In this document: positions 1 through 9,670 of the stretch, piece after piece | Layout: the number at the start of each line of letters is the position of its first letter | Numbering within the stretch: position 1 is the stretch's first letter | NCBI GenBank assembly: GCA_916719965.1 | Contig: CAKAPS010000001.1 | Coordinates: 1 to 60,435, forward strand | Source of the DNA: an uncultured Streptococcus sp. | GTDB taxonomy: Bacteria > Bacillota > Bacilli > Lactobacillales > Aerococcaceae | Direction of reading: 5' to 3' | Length of the DNA stretch: 60,435 bases | Position numbers and translations under genes: made by a program | The notes under the pieces: generated by a model | What the model was told of the DNA's origin: nothing | Database searches by the model: none | The model's input: only the letters and a program-made list of their open reading frames with translations

Positions 1-29
1 GCACACGTCATAGAAAGGGGGAAAACTAA

Positions 30-812
30 ATGAGTATTGAGATTCAACACTTATCCAAAACATTTTTCCCTGGGACTTCACGTGAACATAAGGCGCTAAA
101 AAACGTCAGCTTATCGATTCAAGAAGGGGACTTCATTACGATTGTCGGTGGGAATGGTGCTGGTAAATCGACTTTCCTAAACGCGATTGCGGGTAATTTT
201 TCTTTAGACGAAGGAACAATCTCATTCGGAGGTCATCAAATTGAGCATACAGCGGATTTTGAACGTGCGGCCTACATCAGTCGTGTCTTCCAAGACCCAA
301 TGCAAGGAACGGCACCTCGTATGACAGTGGCTGAAAACTTAGCCTTGGCAAATCGCCGTGGGCAAAAACGAAGCCTATTTAAAACGTCGTCAAAAGAAGA
401 GTTGCAACAATTCGAAGCCTTGCTAGCCCCTCTAGGACTTGGCTTAGAAGACCGTCTTCACACAGAAATCGGACTCTTATCAGGAGGTCAACGTCAAGCC
501 ATTTCACTCCTCATGGCAACGATGAACGCTCCACAACTATTACTATTAGACGAACATACAGCGGCGCTTGACCCGAAAACACAGCGCAAAATCATGAAGA
601 AAACACAAGAAACCATCGAAGAAAAGAACTTAACCGCGCTTATGATTACACACAATTTATCAGACGCGATTCATTTTGGAAACCGCCTCATTGTGATGCA
701 TCGTGGCGAAATCGTCCGCGACTTTGCGAAAGAGGAAAAAGCAGCATTAACAGAGGAAGAATTATTCCGCTTAATGAATGCTCTTGATGAAGCAGACTTA
801 CAAGGTGAATAA
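30..812 (+). CDS. ABC transporter ATP-binding protein (COG1101-type, putative aromatic amino acid uptake)
   Basis: Walker A GGNGAGKST, signature LSGGQ, Walker B LLLLDEHTAALD, FQDP motif; RBS aggggg upstream. Confidence 0.85.
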   Translation: MSIEIQHLSKTFFPGTSREHKALKNVSLSIQEGDFITIVGGNGAGKSTFLNAIAGNFSLDEGTISFGGHQIEHTADFERAAYISRVFQDPMQGTAPRMTVAENLALANRRGQKRSLFKTSSKEELQQFEALLAPLGLGLEDRLHTEIGLLSGGQRQAISLLMATMNAPQLLLLDEHTAALDPKTQRKIMKKTQETIEEKNLTALMITHNLSDAIHFGNRLIVMHRGEIVRDFAKEEKAALTEEELFRLMNALDEADLQGE

Positions 813-818
813 AATAAC

Positions 819-856
819 GGAAGAAGTGAAAGAAATTTCATTTCTTCCTTTTTTTA
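819..856 (+). terminator. Intrinsic terminator
   Basis: ggaagaagtgaaa/tttcatttcttcc stem followed by a T run. Confidence 0.7.
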
Positions 857-902
857 TGGACAGACTTTGCTATAATGGAAGAGAATAAAACGTAAAGGAT
901 GA

Positions 903-2456
903 GTGTCAGTGGAGTTTTTGAGTCAATTGAACCCGAGAAGATATCGAAAATCAGGGTATATTGCTGTTGGTGCCTTGATTGGTGTTCTGGCAGGAAGCGC
1001 GGTTAGTTTATTTCGATATATGATTGGTTTTATTTTAGAGCAAGTAGTTAATGTCTATTCGTTTTTAAGAGAAAAACCGCAATGGATTCCGGTCTGGATT
1101 CTATTTAGCCTTGTAATGGGGGGGATTCTAGGACAAATCGTCAAGAGTGATCCGGATATTAAAGGAAGTGGGATTCCACAAGTAGAATTGCAACTTCAAG
1201 GAAAGATGGATATGAATTGGTGGTCTGTCTGCTGGAAGAAATTCGTCGGTGGAGCGATTTCCATTGGTTCAGGACTATTGCTTGGACGAGAAGGCCCATC
1301 CATCCAGTTGGGTGCTTCGGTAGGTCAAGGGGTAGCAGAGACCTTTAAGGCAAACCGTGTTCAGAAAAATGTGTTTATTTCTAGTGGTGCAGGTGCCGGA
1401 CTAGCGGCGGCGTTTAATGCACCGATTGCAGGATTGATGTTTGTATTGGAAGAAGTACATCATACCTTCAGCCCACTTGTTGCCGTGACGACTCTAACAG
1501 CGGCAATTATTTCAAATTTTATTTCATTAAATGTATTTGGAATCCATCCATCGTTAAATCTTGGAAACGACCAACGATTTCCGATGGAATATTATGGATA
1601 CGTTGTTTTGCTTGGCATCATCCTAGCGATTTTCGGACTAGCGTATCATCGTATCACATTAGCCTTGCCAAAGATTTACAAGACTCTCTTTCCGAAAGTG
1701 GCACCGTATAATTACTGCATTATTGCCTTCATGTTGATTATTCCTCTTGGAATATGGAATCCGCATGTGTTAGGTGGCGGTGGGGAGTTAGTATTAGCAC
1801 TCGTTAAAGAAAATCACACCGTTCAATTTTTAGTTGGCTTATTTGTGATTCGTTTTGTCTACTCAATGATTTCATACGGAACAGGACTTCCTGGTGGAAT
1901 CTTCTTACCAATCCTTTCTCTTGGGGCGCTTCTTGGATTAGCCTACGCAGAATTCTTAATTGATTTCTTAGGTGTGGATCCAAGCGTACGTGTCAGCTTT
2001 GTGTTCTTCGCGATGGCGGGATACTTTGCAGCGATTGGGAAAGCCCCTCTAACAGCCTTACTACTTGTAACGGAAATGGTAGGTGGATTGAACCAATTAA
2101 TGCCGCTTGGAATTTGTACATTAGTGGCGTATATCGTGGCTGACTTCTTGAAGATGGATCCAATCTATGAAGTGTTAGCAGAACGTTTAGATAAAGAACA
2201 TTCAACGGAAACAAAAGGAGAGCGTACAACCTTCGAAGTGCCCGTAATGGTGGATAGTCCACTAGTTGAAAAAGCGATTCGCGATATTCAGTGGCCGCAA
2301 GAAATTATCATTGCGACCGTGCGACGTGGCGCCAAGGAAATTATTGCTCGCGGGGATACGGTTATTCGTAGTGGCGACATTCTAATTGTAGTCTGTGATG
2401 AAGGAATAGTTGGAAAGATGACGGAAGAGATGACGCATCTAGTGACAGCTCCCTAG
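903..2456 (+). CDS. ClC-family H+/Cl- antiporter with C-terminal TrkA-C (RCK_C) domain
   Basis: GSGIP, GREGP, FNAP and GGIFLP motifs; many TM segments; C-terminal ATVRRG...RGDTVIRSGDILIV typical of RCK_C; extended -10 TGcTATAAT at 868-876. Confidence 0.9.
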   Translation: MSVEFLSQLNPRRYRKSGYIAVGALIGVLAGSAVSLFRYMIGFILEQVVNVYSFLREKPQWIPVWILFSLVMGGILGQIVKSDPDIKGSGIPQVELQLQGKMDMNWWSVCWKKFVGGAISIGSGLLLGREGPSIQLGASVGQGVAETFKANRVQKNVFISSGAGAGLAAAFNAPIAGLMFVLEEVHHTFSPLVAVTTLTAAIISNFISLNVFGIHPSLNLGNDQRFPMEYYGYVVLLGIILAIFGLAYHRITLALPKIYKTLFPKVAPYNYCIIAFMLIIPLGIWNPHVLGGGGELVLALVKENHTVQFLVGLFVIRFVYSMISYGTGLPGGIFLPILSLGALLGLAYAEFLIDFLGVDPSVRVSFVFFAMAGYFAAIGKAPLTALLLVTEMVGGLNQLMPLGICTLVAYIVADFLKMDPIYEVLAERLDKEHSTETKGERTTFEVPVMVDSPLVEKAIRDIQWPQEIIIATVRRGAKEIIARGDTVIRSGDILIVVCDEGIVGKMTEEMTHLVTAP

Positions 2457-2505
2457 AGTTCTTTCACAATAAATGGTATACTGAGAAAACAAAGAGGTGA
2501 TATTG

Positions 2506-2766
2506 ATGAGCGGACAAAAAAATGAATTAAAGAAAAATCTTAATCGATACGTAAGAAGGAATCAAACATGGGTGTTTATCTTCCTAACAGGTTTGATTCT
2601 ATTTATGGCGGTATTCATTTATCGTAGTTTCGCACAATCAACGAAAAAGCCTGCGGAAAGTCGACAAGAGCAGATTATTAAGATGCAAGAACAAATCGAT
2701 GAACAAGAGGAACGAATTAAGCAATTGGAAGAACAAATCAAACAGTTGCAAGAAAAATCAAATTAA
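2506..2766 (+). CDS. Hypothetical single-TM protein with C-terminal coiled coil
   Basis: RBS agaggtg before ATG 2506; one hydrophobic segment; Q/E/I heptad-rich tail; terminator follows. Confidence 0.7.
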   Translation: MSGQKNELKKNLNRYVRRNQTWVFIFLTGLILFMAVFIYRSFAQSTKKPAESRQEQIIKMQEQIDEQEERIKQLEEQIKQLQEKSN

Positions 2767-3539
2767 AATGACAACCACCTTGGACGGATGAATCGTTCAA
2801 GGTGGTTTTTTTGTAAAGAATGATACATACGTAGTTTTTGAAAAATACGTTGCAATTGTTTTTGTAGAGTAGTGGAATGTTCGAAGTGAAGTGAGTGTTC
2901 TTCAAGATAAAGGGAGTACGGTACTTCAATTTGAACCGCTTCAATGCTTGGATGTTTTCCAAAGGTCGCAATAATATTGCCACCTGAAAAAGGAGTGTCT
3001 ACTCGAGTGGATAAGCCTTCTTCGTGGAAGAGAGTTTGGAGTTGCTCCAGAAGCTCTTCGCTAATGGTTTGTTTCCTACGCGTCCCTATAATAATGTCGC
3101 TTGTTTGAAAAAGCTGGTCATCATAGCTATGCAAATCAATCAATAGCACTTTGGAATATTGCTCTAATTTTTGATGAAGCAAACTCTCTAAGTGGTGATA
3201 GTAGGGCGTGTAATACCGTTTCAACCAGTCCGCTTGTTTTTGCTTGGACGGATAGTTGTAAAATAGCTGATGTCCTAGTTCATCTATTCTTGGAATGATT
3301 GGTTGAGTTGCTTTACCTGTGCGTGGTTTAAAACGATTCACATCTACAATATATCGAGACACAGTGGCTACTAGAGTCGTCTCCAAAAGCGGGGCCACAA
3401 GTTCTGGAAGAGCCCAGTCCGTATGCTCACGCTTAGCTGCCAGATTACAAAGCGAGTCAATGTCTTGTGGAATATCCGTTCCACTATGAGGAATAGAAAT
3501 CACAAGAGGAGAATTCGACTGTACGTGAATAAATTTCAC
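2763..3539 (-). CDS. N-formylglutamate amidohydrolase family protein
   Basis: SIPHSG, HTDW, SRYIVDVNR, YTPYY, DLHS, PFSGG and QIEV motifs of the FGase family. Confidence 0.85.
   Translation of the reverse strand: MKFIHVQSNSPLVISIPHSGTDIPQDIDSLCNLAAKREHTDWALPELVAPLLETTLVATVSRYIVDVNRFKPRTGKATQPIIPRIDELGHQLFYNYPSKQKQADWLKRYYTPYYHHLESLLHQKLEQYSKVLLIDLHSYDDQLFQTSDIIIGTRRKQTISEELLEQLQTLFHEEGLSTRVDTPFSGGNIIATFGKHPSIEAVQIEVPYSLYLEEHSLHFEHSTTLQKQLQRIFQKLRMYHSLQKNHLERFIRPRWLSF
2773..2812 (+). terminator. Intrinsic terminator lying inside the 3' end of the opposite-strand gene
   Basis: aaccaccttggacg/cgttcaaggtggtt stem plus T run. Confidence 0.7.
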
Positions 3540-3631
3540 CGTGGCACCTTCTTTCGTTTTTCAATATTCCTAGTATAGCAAACGAACCAGAGATTGTGTA
3601 TAATGGATACTATCGAAAAGGAGTGACTTTT

Positions 3632-5440
3632 ATGGCTGAAATTAAATTAGTACCAAGAAGTGAAGTAGATCCTTCTATTACATGGGATATGACTTTACTT
3701 TATCCAAGCGACGAAGCATTTTATGCAGAGTTGGACAACTTAAAGAAAGAAATGAAAGCTTTCAAAGAAAAATACGAAAACCAATTAGGTGATTTAGAAG
3801 TATTAGATGAAGCGATTCGCAGCTACGAAGCGATTGAATTAGCAGTATACCGCGCCTCTCATTATGCAGAATTACCAATGACGGTTGACCGCTTGAATCC
3901 AAAAGTGGTGGAAAATGCGACAGCGTTTGAAGCAGTTAGCGTATCGTATGCTGAAAACATGAGCTTTGTGATGACAGAATTGATTTCATTAGACGAAGCC
4001 TTCTTAAATCAATTCGTAGCAGAGAAGAGACCAGACTTAGCTTACTTTGTTGAAAAAGTGATTCGTCAAAAGAAACATACGCTCTCAAAAGATGCAGAAC
4101 AAGTGTTATCAAACTTAAGCAGCTTACCAAGTTTCTATCAATTATATGAAGTAACAAAACACGAAGATATGCAATTCGAGTCATTTGAAGCAAACGGAAA
4201 GACGCTTGAAAACAGCTTCGTTTTATACGAAAACTTACACGAAATGGATCCTGACAAAGAAGTGCGTCGTGCTGCGGCTAAGAGCTTCTATAAAACATTA
4301 AACGCATATAAAAATACAGTTGCCAATGAATACATTTCTCAATTGAAGAAAGAAAAAATGATGGCAACAATGCGTGGTTATGATAGCGTGATTGACTACT
4401 TATTAGATGAACAAGATGGAGACCGTGAATTATACGACCGTCAAATTCGTATGCTCATGACAGATTTAGCACCTCATATGCAACGCTATATTAAATTATT
4501 AGCGAAAGAGCATGGCATTTCTGATATGCAATTCATGGATGCAAAAATCAACTTGGATCCAGAGTTCGAAGTGGATATGACGATTGAAGAATCTCGTGAG
4601 TACTTGAAGAAAGCTCTAGGTATTCTTGGTGAAGACTACAAAGCAATGATTGATGAAAATTATGACAAACGCTGGACAGACTTCCCACAAAACATCGGTA
4701 AGAGCACTGGTGGATTCTGTGCAACAGTTCCTAATGTTGCCGGATTTATCCTATTATCATGGACAGGTAAAATGAACGAAGTATTCGTGTTAGCGCACGA
4801 ATTAGGACATGCATACCACTTCATGTCAACAGGGAAACATCAATCGATTTTAAACAATGAATGTTCATTATACTTCGTTGAAGCTCCTTCAACATGTAAT
4901 GAAGTCATCGTTTCAAACTACTTACTTAAAACAAGTACAGATGCTCGTTTCAAACGTTGGGTTATCAGTAATATGATTAGCCGTACGTATTTCCACAACA
5001 TGGTTACTCACTACATGGAAGCCGTGTACCAAGATCGTATTTACAAGATGATTGATAATAACGAAATGTTAAACGCGGACGTATTATCAAACGTGAAAAA
5101 AGAAGTGATGCAAGAATTCTTCGGAGACAGCCTTGTTGTAAACGAAGGGGCAGAGTTAACATGGATGCGTCAACCTCACTACTATATGGGATTATATCCA
5201 TATACGTATTCAGCTGGTCTTACAATCGGTACTGCAATTGCGAACCAAATCGAAGAGAACCCTGAACACGCTAAAGTGTGGTTAGATACTCTATCTAAAG
5301 GTGGAAGCATGTCTGCTAAAGACTTAGCAATTCATGCAGGTTGCGATGTTTCAACAGATGAACCATTGAAACAAGCGATTGCTTACGTTGGACACTTAGT
5401 AGACCAATTAGAAAGCTTAACAGCAGAATTAAAAGCATAA
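3632..5440 (+). CDS. pepF: Oligoendopeptidase F (M3B family)
   Basis: HELGH zinc motif, FVEAPST, PHYYMGLYPYTY; RBS aaggag before ATG 3632. Confidence 0.92.
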   Translation: MAEIKLVPRSEVDPSITWDMTLLYPSDEAFYAELDNLKKEMKAFKEKYENQLGDLEVLDEAIRSYEAIELAVYRASHYAELPMTVDRLNPKVVENATAFEAVSVSYAENMSFVMTELISLDEAFLNQFVAEKRPDLAYFVEKVIRQKKHTLSKDAEQVLSNLSSLPSFYQLYEVTKHEDMQFESFEANGKTLENSFVLYENLHEMDPDKEVRRAAAKSFYKTLNAYKNTVANEYISQLKKEKMMATMRGYDSVIDYLLDEQDGDRELYDRQIRMLMTDLAPHMQRYIKLLAKEHGISDMQFMDAKINLDPEFEVDMTIEESREYLKKALGILGEDYKAMIDENYDKRWTDFPQNIGKSTGGFCATVPNVAGFILLSWTGKMNEVFVLAHELGHAYHFMSTGKHQSILNNECSLYFVEAPSTCNEVIVSNYLLKTSTDARFKRWVISNMISRTYFHNMVTHYMEAVYQDRIYKMIDNNEMLNADVLSNVKKEVMQEFFGDSLVVNEGAELTWMRQPHYYMGLYPYTYSAGLTIGTAIANQIEENPEHAKVWLDTLSKGGSMSAKDLAIHAGCDVSTDEPLKQAIAYVGHLVDQLESLTAELKA

Positions 5441-5451
5441 TCATAGTAAAC

Positions 5452-5483
5452 AAAAACGCGCTACAATCGTAGCGCGTTTTTTT
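5452..5483 (+). terminator. Intrinsic terminator (possibly bidirectional)
   Basis: aaaaacgcgctac/gtagcgcgttttt stem. Confidence 0.8.
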
Positions 5484-5575
5484 GTTGTGACTATAAATCA
5501 AAAAGTGGTGAAAATATGTATGTACATTCTTGTGAAATGTTCGATAAAATCACCTATTTACCCTTGCCTTTATTT

Positions 5576-6328
5576 CTACCAAAGAATTTCGCATTGAGAA
5601 CCTACCGTGTCTTGGAACGAATCGATAGGAGCTTGATTGGTTACGATAATATCGATGGCATTGTAATTGGATAGTTTAAAGTAATGACTCGTATTGAATT
5701 TCGAGTGATCTGCTAGCAATATGGAAACATCCGAATTTGCAATCATATGTTGCTTAAAGATGGCCTGGTTATGATTGGCCTCGTATGCAGCGAAACGATC
5801 AAGTCCACGGCAACTAAAAAAGCAAATATCCGCATGGAAATTATTAATAAAATTCGTGGCAAAATCTCCCAAAGCTGAGTTTGTACCGTAGCCAATATGG
5901 CCACCACAGAAGAATAAAGTAATATTTTCAAAATTGTTCAACTGACGTGCGATTTCGATACCGTTTGTAATGACGCGTAAATTTTTTAGTGTTCCTAAGT
6001 GAGGCGCGAGTAGTGCACAAGTGGAAGAGCCGTCAATAAAAATCGATTGATTATCGGTCAGAAAAGTCGAAGCCGTTTCAGCAATTTGACGCTTCCCATG
6101 TGTCTCTTCGTGAGTACGACTGTCGTAAGCGTATTCAATATTGTTTGTAGTAACTAGTCTAACTTCGCCATGAGACCGTATGATTTTTCCTTCTTTTTCA
6201 AGCTTAATCAGGTCTCTTCTCAAAGTTGAGGTTGAACAATACATCAATGCTTCCAACTGGAAAGTAGAGATGATTTTTCGTTTAGATAGAATGTCCATAA
6301 TCCTAGACATTCGTTCAAAAGACACCAT
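5576..6328 (-). CDS. DeoR/GlpR-family regulator of the fucose operon (FucR/FcsR-like)
   Basis: HTH STSTLRRDLIKL, IFIDGSST, VITNG, LADHSKF; divergent from fucA; RBS ggagggg before ATG 6328. Confidence 0.88.
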   Translation of the reverse strand: MVSFERMSRIMDILSKRKIISTFQLEALMYCSTSTLRRDLIKLEKEGKIIRSHGEVRLVTTNNIEYAYDSRTHEETHGKRQIAETASTFLTDNQSIFIDGSSTCALLAPHLGTLKNLRVITNGIEIARQLNNFENITLFFCGGHIGYGTNSALGDFATNFINNFHADICFFSCRGLDRFAAYEANHNQAIFKQHMIANSDVSILLADHSKFNTSHYFKLSNYNAIDIIVTNQAPIDSFQDTVGSQCEILW

Positions 6329-6344
6329 ATATACCCCTCCTAAT

Positions 6345-6402
6345 TTGAACAAATTTGAACATTTATGAACAGATTATAGCACATTTACTGAATGATGTTC
6401 AA
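6345..6402. promoter_or_regulatory. Putative DeoR operator: TTGAACA direct repeats at 10-bp spacing plus one inverted copy; includes the regulator's extended -10
   Basis: ttgaaca 6345, ttgaaca 6355, atgaaca 6365, tgttcaa 6396; TGcTATAAT on the minus strand at 6373-6381. Confidence 0.6.
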
Positions 6403-6417
6403 TAGTCCAACCACGTA

Positions 6418-6446
6418 TTGTATCCGCTTTCTAAGATTGATAGGAT
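6418..6446 (+). promoter_or_regulatory. fuc operon sigma-A promoter with a CcpA cre site overlapping the -35
   Basis: TTGTAT-17-TAGGAT with TG extension; cre-like TGTATCCGCTTTCT at 6419-6432. Confidence 0.65.
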
Positions 6447-6469
6447 AGTAATCAGAAAGGGATGATACT

Positions 6470-7192
6470 ATGACTTTTGATGAACAAGTAGTACGCGAAC
6501 AAATTTGTGACGTGTGTCATAAAATGTGGCAACTAGGATGGGTTGCTGCTAATGACGGAAACGTTTCAGTTCGCATTGATGAGGATACCATCATCGCAAC
6601 ACCAACAGGTATCAGTAAGAGTTTTATCACTCCTGAAAAACTCGTTAAATTAAATATGAAAGGAGAAGTGATTGAAGCCAACGAAGGTTTCCGTCCTTCA
6701 AGCGAAATTAAAATGCATATTCGCTGCTATGAAGAACGCGACGATGTGAGAGCTGTTGTTCACGCTCATCCACCAATTGCAACTGGATTCACATTAGCAC
6801 ATATTCCATTAGATACTTATTCACTAATTGAAAGTGCGATTGTTATCGGTTCAATTCCAATTACACCATTCGGAGTTCCTTCAACAATGGAAGTTCCAGA
6901 TGCGATTACACCATACTTACAAGAACATGACGTGATGTTACTTGAAAACCATGGTGCTTTAACAGTGGGTAGTGATGTGATTACAGCATACTACAGAATG
7001 GAAACATTAGAACTCGTGGCTAAATCAACATTCCACGGAAGAATGTTATTACTAACAAAAGGCATTGAAGAAAAAGAAATCTCAAGAGAAAAATTAGAGC
7101 AAATGTTCAAAATGCGCGAAAACTACAAAGTAACAGGTCGTCACCCTGGATATAAGAAATACAATCCAGACGGAACTGTTCGTGAAGTTTAG
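6470..7192 (+). CDS. fucA: L-fuculose-1-phosphate aldolase (class II)
   Basis: NDGNVS, PSSE, VVHAHP and LENHG zinc motifs; operon context. Confidence 0.85.
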   Translation: MTFDEQVVREQICDVCHKMWQLGWVAANDGNVSVRIDEDTIIATPTGISKSFITPEKLVKLNMKGEVIEANEGFRPSSEIKMHIRCYEERDDVRAVVHAHPPIATGFTLAHIPLDTYSLIESAIVIGSIPITPFGVPSTMEVPDAITPYLQEHDVMLLENHGALTVGSDVITAYYRMETLELVAKSTFHGRMLLLTKGIEEKEISREKLEQMFKMRENYKVTGRHPGYKKYNPDGTVREV

Positions 7193-7212
7193 TAAGAATA
7201 GGAGGAACAAAA

Positions 7213-8979
7213 ATGATTCAACATCCACGTATTGGGATTCGCCCAACTATTGACGGTCGTCGCCAAGGAGTTCGCGAATCGTTAGAAGTTCAAACAATGA
7301 ATATGGCGAAGAGTGTCGCTGCTTTAATCGAGTCAACATTGAAATATCCTGATGGACAACCGGTTGAATGTGTGATCTCACCTTCAACAATTGGTCGTGT
7401 ACCAGAAGCAGCAGCATCTCACGAACTATTCAAAAAATCAAACGTGTGTGCAACAATTACAGTAACACCTTGCTGGTGCTACGGTAGTGAAACAATGGAT
7501 ATGTCACCTGATATTCCACATGCTATTTGGGGATTCAACGGAACTGAAAGACCAGGGGCTGTATATTTAGCAGCAGTTCTTGCTTCTCATGCTCAAAAAG
7601 GAATTCCAGCATTCGGAATTTACGGTAAAGACGTAAAAGAAGCAACAGATACAGAAATTCCTGAAGACGTTAAAGAAAAAATCTTACGTTACGCAAGAGC
7701 AGCTCTTGCTACAGGTTTAATGAGAGATACAGCTTACTTATCAATGGGTAGTGTATCAATGGGTATCGGTGGTTCTATCGTAGATCCTAACTTCTTCCAA
7801 GAATACTTAGGAATGCGTAATGAATCAGTAGATATGACTGAATTCACTCGCCGTATCGATCGTGGTATTTACGATCACGAAGAATTCGAACGTGCGCTTA
7901 AATGGGTGAAAGAAAACGTTAAAGAAGGATTCGATCACAACCGTGAAGACCTTGTTTTAAGCCGTGAAGAAAAAGATAAACAATGGGAATTCGTTATTAA
8001 GATGTTCTTGATTGGACGTGACTTAATGATTGGTAACCCAAGACTTGCTGAACTAGGCTTCGAAGAAGAAGCAGTTGGTCACTACGCTCTTGTTGGTGGA
8101 TTCCAAGGTCAACGTCAATGGACAGACCACTTCCCTAACGGAGACTTCATGGAAACATTCCTAAATACTCAATTTGACTGGAACGGAATTCGCAGACCAT
8201 ACATCTTCGCAACTGAAAATGATGCGTTAAACGGTGTATCAATGCTATTCAACTACTTATTAACAAACACTCCACAAATCTTTGCGGATGTTCGTACTTA
8301 CTGGAGTCCAGAAGCTGTTGAACGTGTAACAGGACATAAACTTGAAGGTCATGCTGAAAATGGATTCTTACACTTAATTAACTCTGGTTCTTGTACATTA
8401 GACGGTACTGGTCAAGCTACAAGAAACGGTGAACCAGTGATTAAACCATTCTGGGAATTAGAACAAAGTGAAGTAGATGCAATGCTTGCAAATACTGACT
8501 TCCCAGCAGCTAACCGTGAATACTTCCGTGGCGGCGGTTACTCAACTCGCTTCTTATCTAAAGGAAATATGCCTGTGACAATGGTTCGCTTGAACTTATT
8601 GAAAGGCGTTGGACCAGTATTACAAATTGCTGAAGGATACACACTTGAATTACCTGAAGATGTACACCATACATTGGATAACCGTACAGATCCAGGTTGG
8701 CCAACAACTTGGTTTGCTCCTCGCTTAACAGGTAAAGGCGCATTCAAGTCAGTATACGATGTAATGAATAACTGGGGTGCAAACCACGGTGCTATCACTT
8801 ATGGACATATCGGAGCTGACCTTATCACTCTTGCTTCAATGTTACGTATTCCTGTAAATATGCATAACGTTGCAGAAGAAGATATCTTCAGACCTAAGAA
8901 CTGGTCATTATTCGGAACAGAAGATTTAGAATCAGCTGACTACCGTGCATGCCAATTATTAGGACCTATCCATAAGTAA
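7213..8979 (+). CDS. fucI: L-fucose isomerase
   Basis: [37 protein letters not shown]. Confidence 0.97.
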   Translation: MIQHPRIGIRPTIDGRRQGVRESLEVQTMNMAKSVAALIESTLKYPDGQPVECVISPSTIGRVPEAAASHELFKKSNVCATITVTPCWCYGSETMDMSPDIPHAIWGFNGTERPGAVYLAAVLASHAQKGIPAFGIYGKDVKEATDTEIPEDVKEKILRYARAALATGLMRDTAYLSMGSVSMGIGGSIVDPNFFQEYLGMRNESVDMTEFTRRIDRGIYDHEEFERALKWVKENVKEGFDHNREDLVLSREEKDKQWEFVIKMFLIGRDLMIGNPRLAELGFEEEAVGHYALVGGFQGQRQWTDHFPNGDFMETFLNTQFDWNGIRRPYIFATENDALNGVSMLFNYLLTNTPQIFADVRTYWSPEAVERVTGHKLEGHAENGFLHLINSGSCTLDGTGQATRNGEPVIKPFWELEQSEVDAMLANTDFPAANREYFRGGGYSTRFLSKGNMPVTMVRLNLLKGVGPVLQIAEGYTLELPEDVHHTLDNRTDPGWPTTWFAPRLTGKGAFKSVYDVMNNWGANHGAITYGHIGADLITLASMLRIPVNMHNVAEEDIFRPKNWSLFGTEDLESADYRACQLLGPIHK

Positions 8980-8997
8980 GAGAAAGGAGAGACTAAA

Positions 8998-9294
8998 ATG
9001 ACAAAAACAATTATTTTAGCCTGTGTCGGTGGATTAACAACAAGTATGCTTGTTGAACGCATTCAAGAAGTAATTTACCGTGATAAATTAGATTACTCAT
9101 TCTACTCAGTAGGGATTACTGGGATTGATACTCTAAAAAATATTGATGTCTTATTATTAGGACCTCAACTAGCTTATTTAGAAGAAAAAGCAAAAGCTTC
9201 ACTTCATGTTCCAGTTGCTGTAATTTCAGACGATGACTTTGAAAACATGCGCGGAGAAGAAGTTCTAAAACAAGCGATTGAATTATTAGGTTAA
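8998..9294 (+). CDS. PTS EIIB, lactose/cellobiose family
   Basis: LACVGGLTTSMLV phospho-Cys loop; DVLLLGPQ. Confidence 0.85.
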   Translation: MTKTIILACVGGLTTSMLVERIQEVIYRDKLDYSFYSVGITGIDTLKNIDVLLLGPQLAYLEEKAKASLHVPVAVISDDDFENMRGEEVLKQAIELLG

Positions 9295-9298
9295 GCCA

Positions 9299-9670
9299 AT
9301 GAGCGAAACAAAAAAAGCAGATACGCAACGATTGATGCAACTCATTGTCAAAAGTAGCAAAGTAACAACTTTAGCAATGCAATCCGTTAAGAGTGCTCTT
9401 GCAGGTGATATTTCATCTGCAAGAGGCCTCCTTGATGAAGCGAGAGTTAAAGGAGTTGAAGCGCATAATGTTCAAACAGAAATGATTCAGCAAGAAATAA
9501 GAGGAGAGGGCGCTAGTCCAACACTTCTTTCCGTTCATGCGCAAGATCATTTTATGAACAGCCACTTGCTGCTAGAAGTTGTAGACATCATTGTAAATCA
9601 ACAAGAACAAATAGAAACGCTAAAAGAGCGTATTACAAAACTGGAACAGGTAGGTGAAACGCATGAGTAA
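9299..9670 (+). CDS. PTS EIIA, lactose/cellobiose family
   Basis: AHNVQT and VHAQDHFM motifs. Confidence 0.85.
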   Translation: MSETKKADTQRLMQLIVKSSKVTTLAMQSVKSALAGDISSARGLLDEARVKGVEAHNVQTEMIQQEIRGEGASPTLLSVHAQDHFMNSHLLLEVVDIIVNQQEQIETLKERITKLEQVGETHE

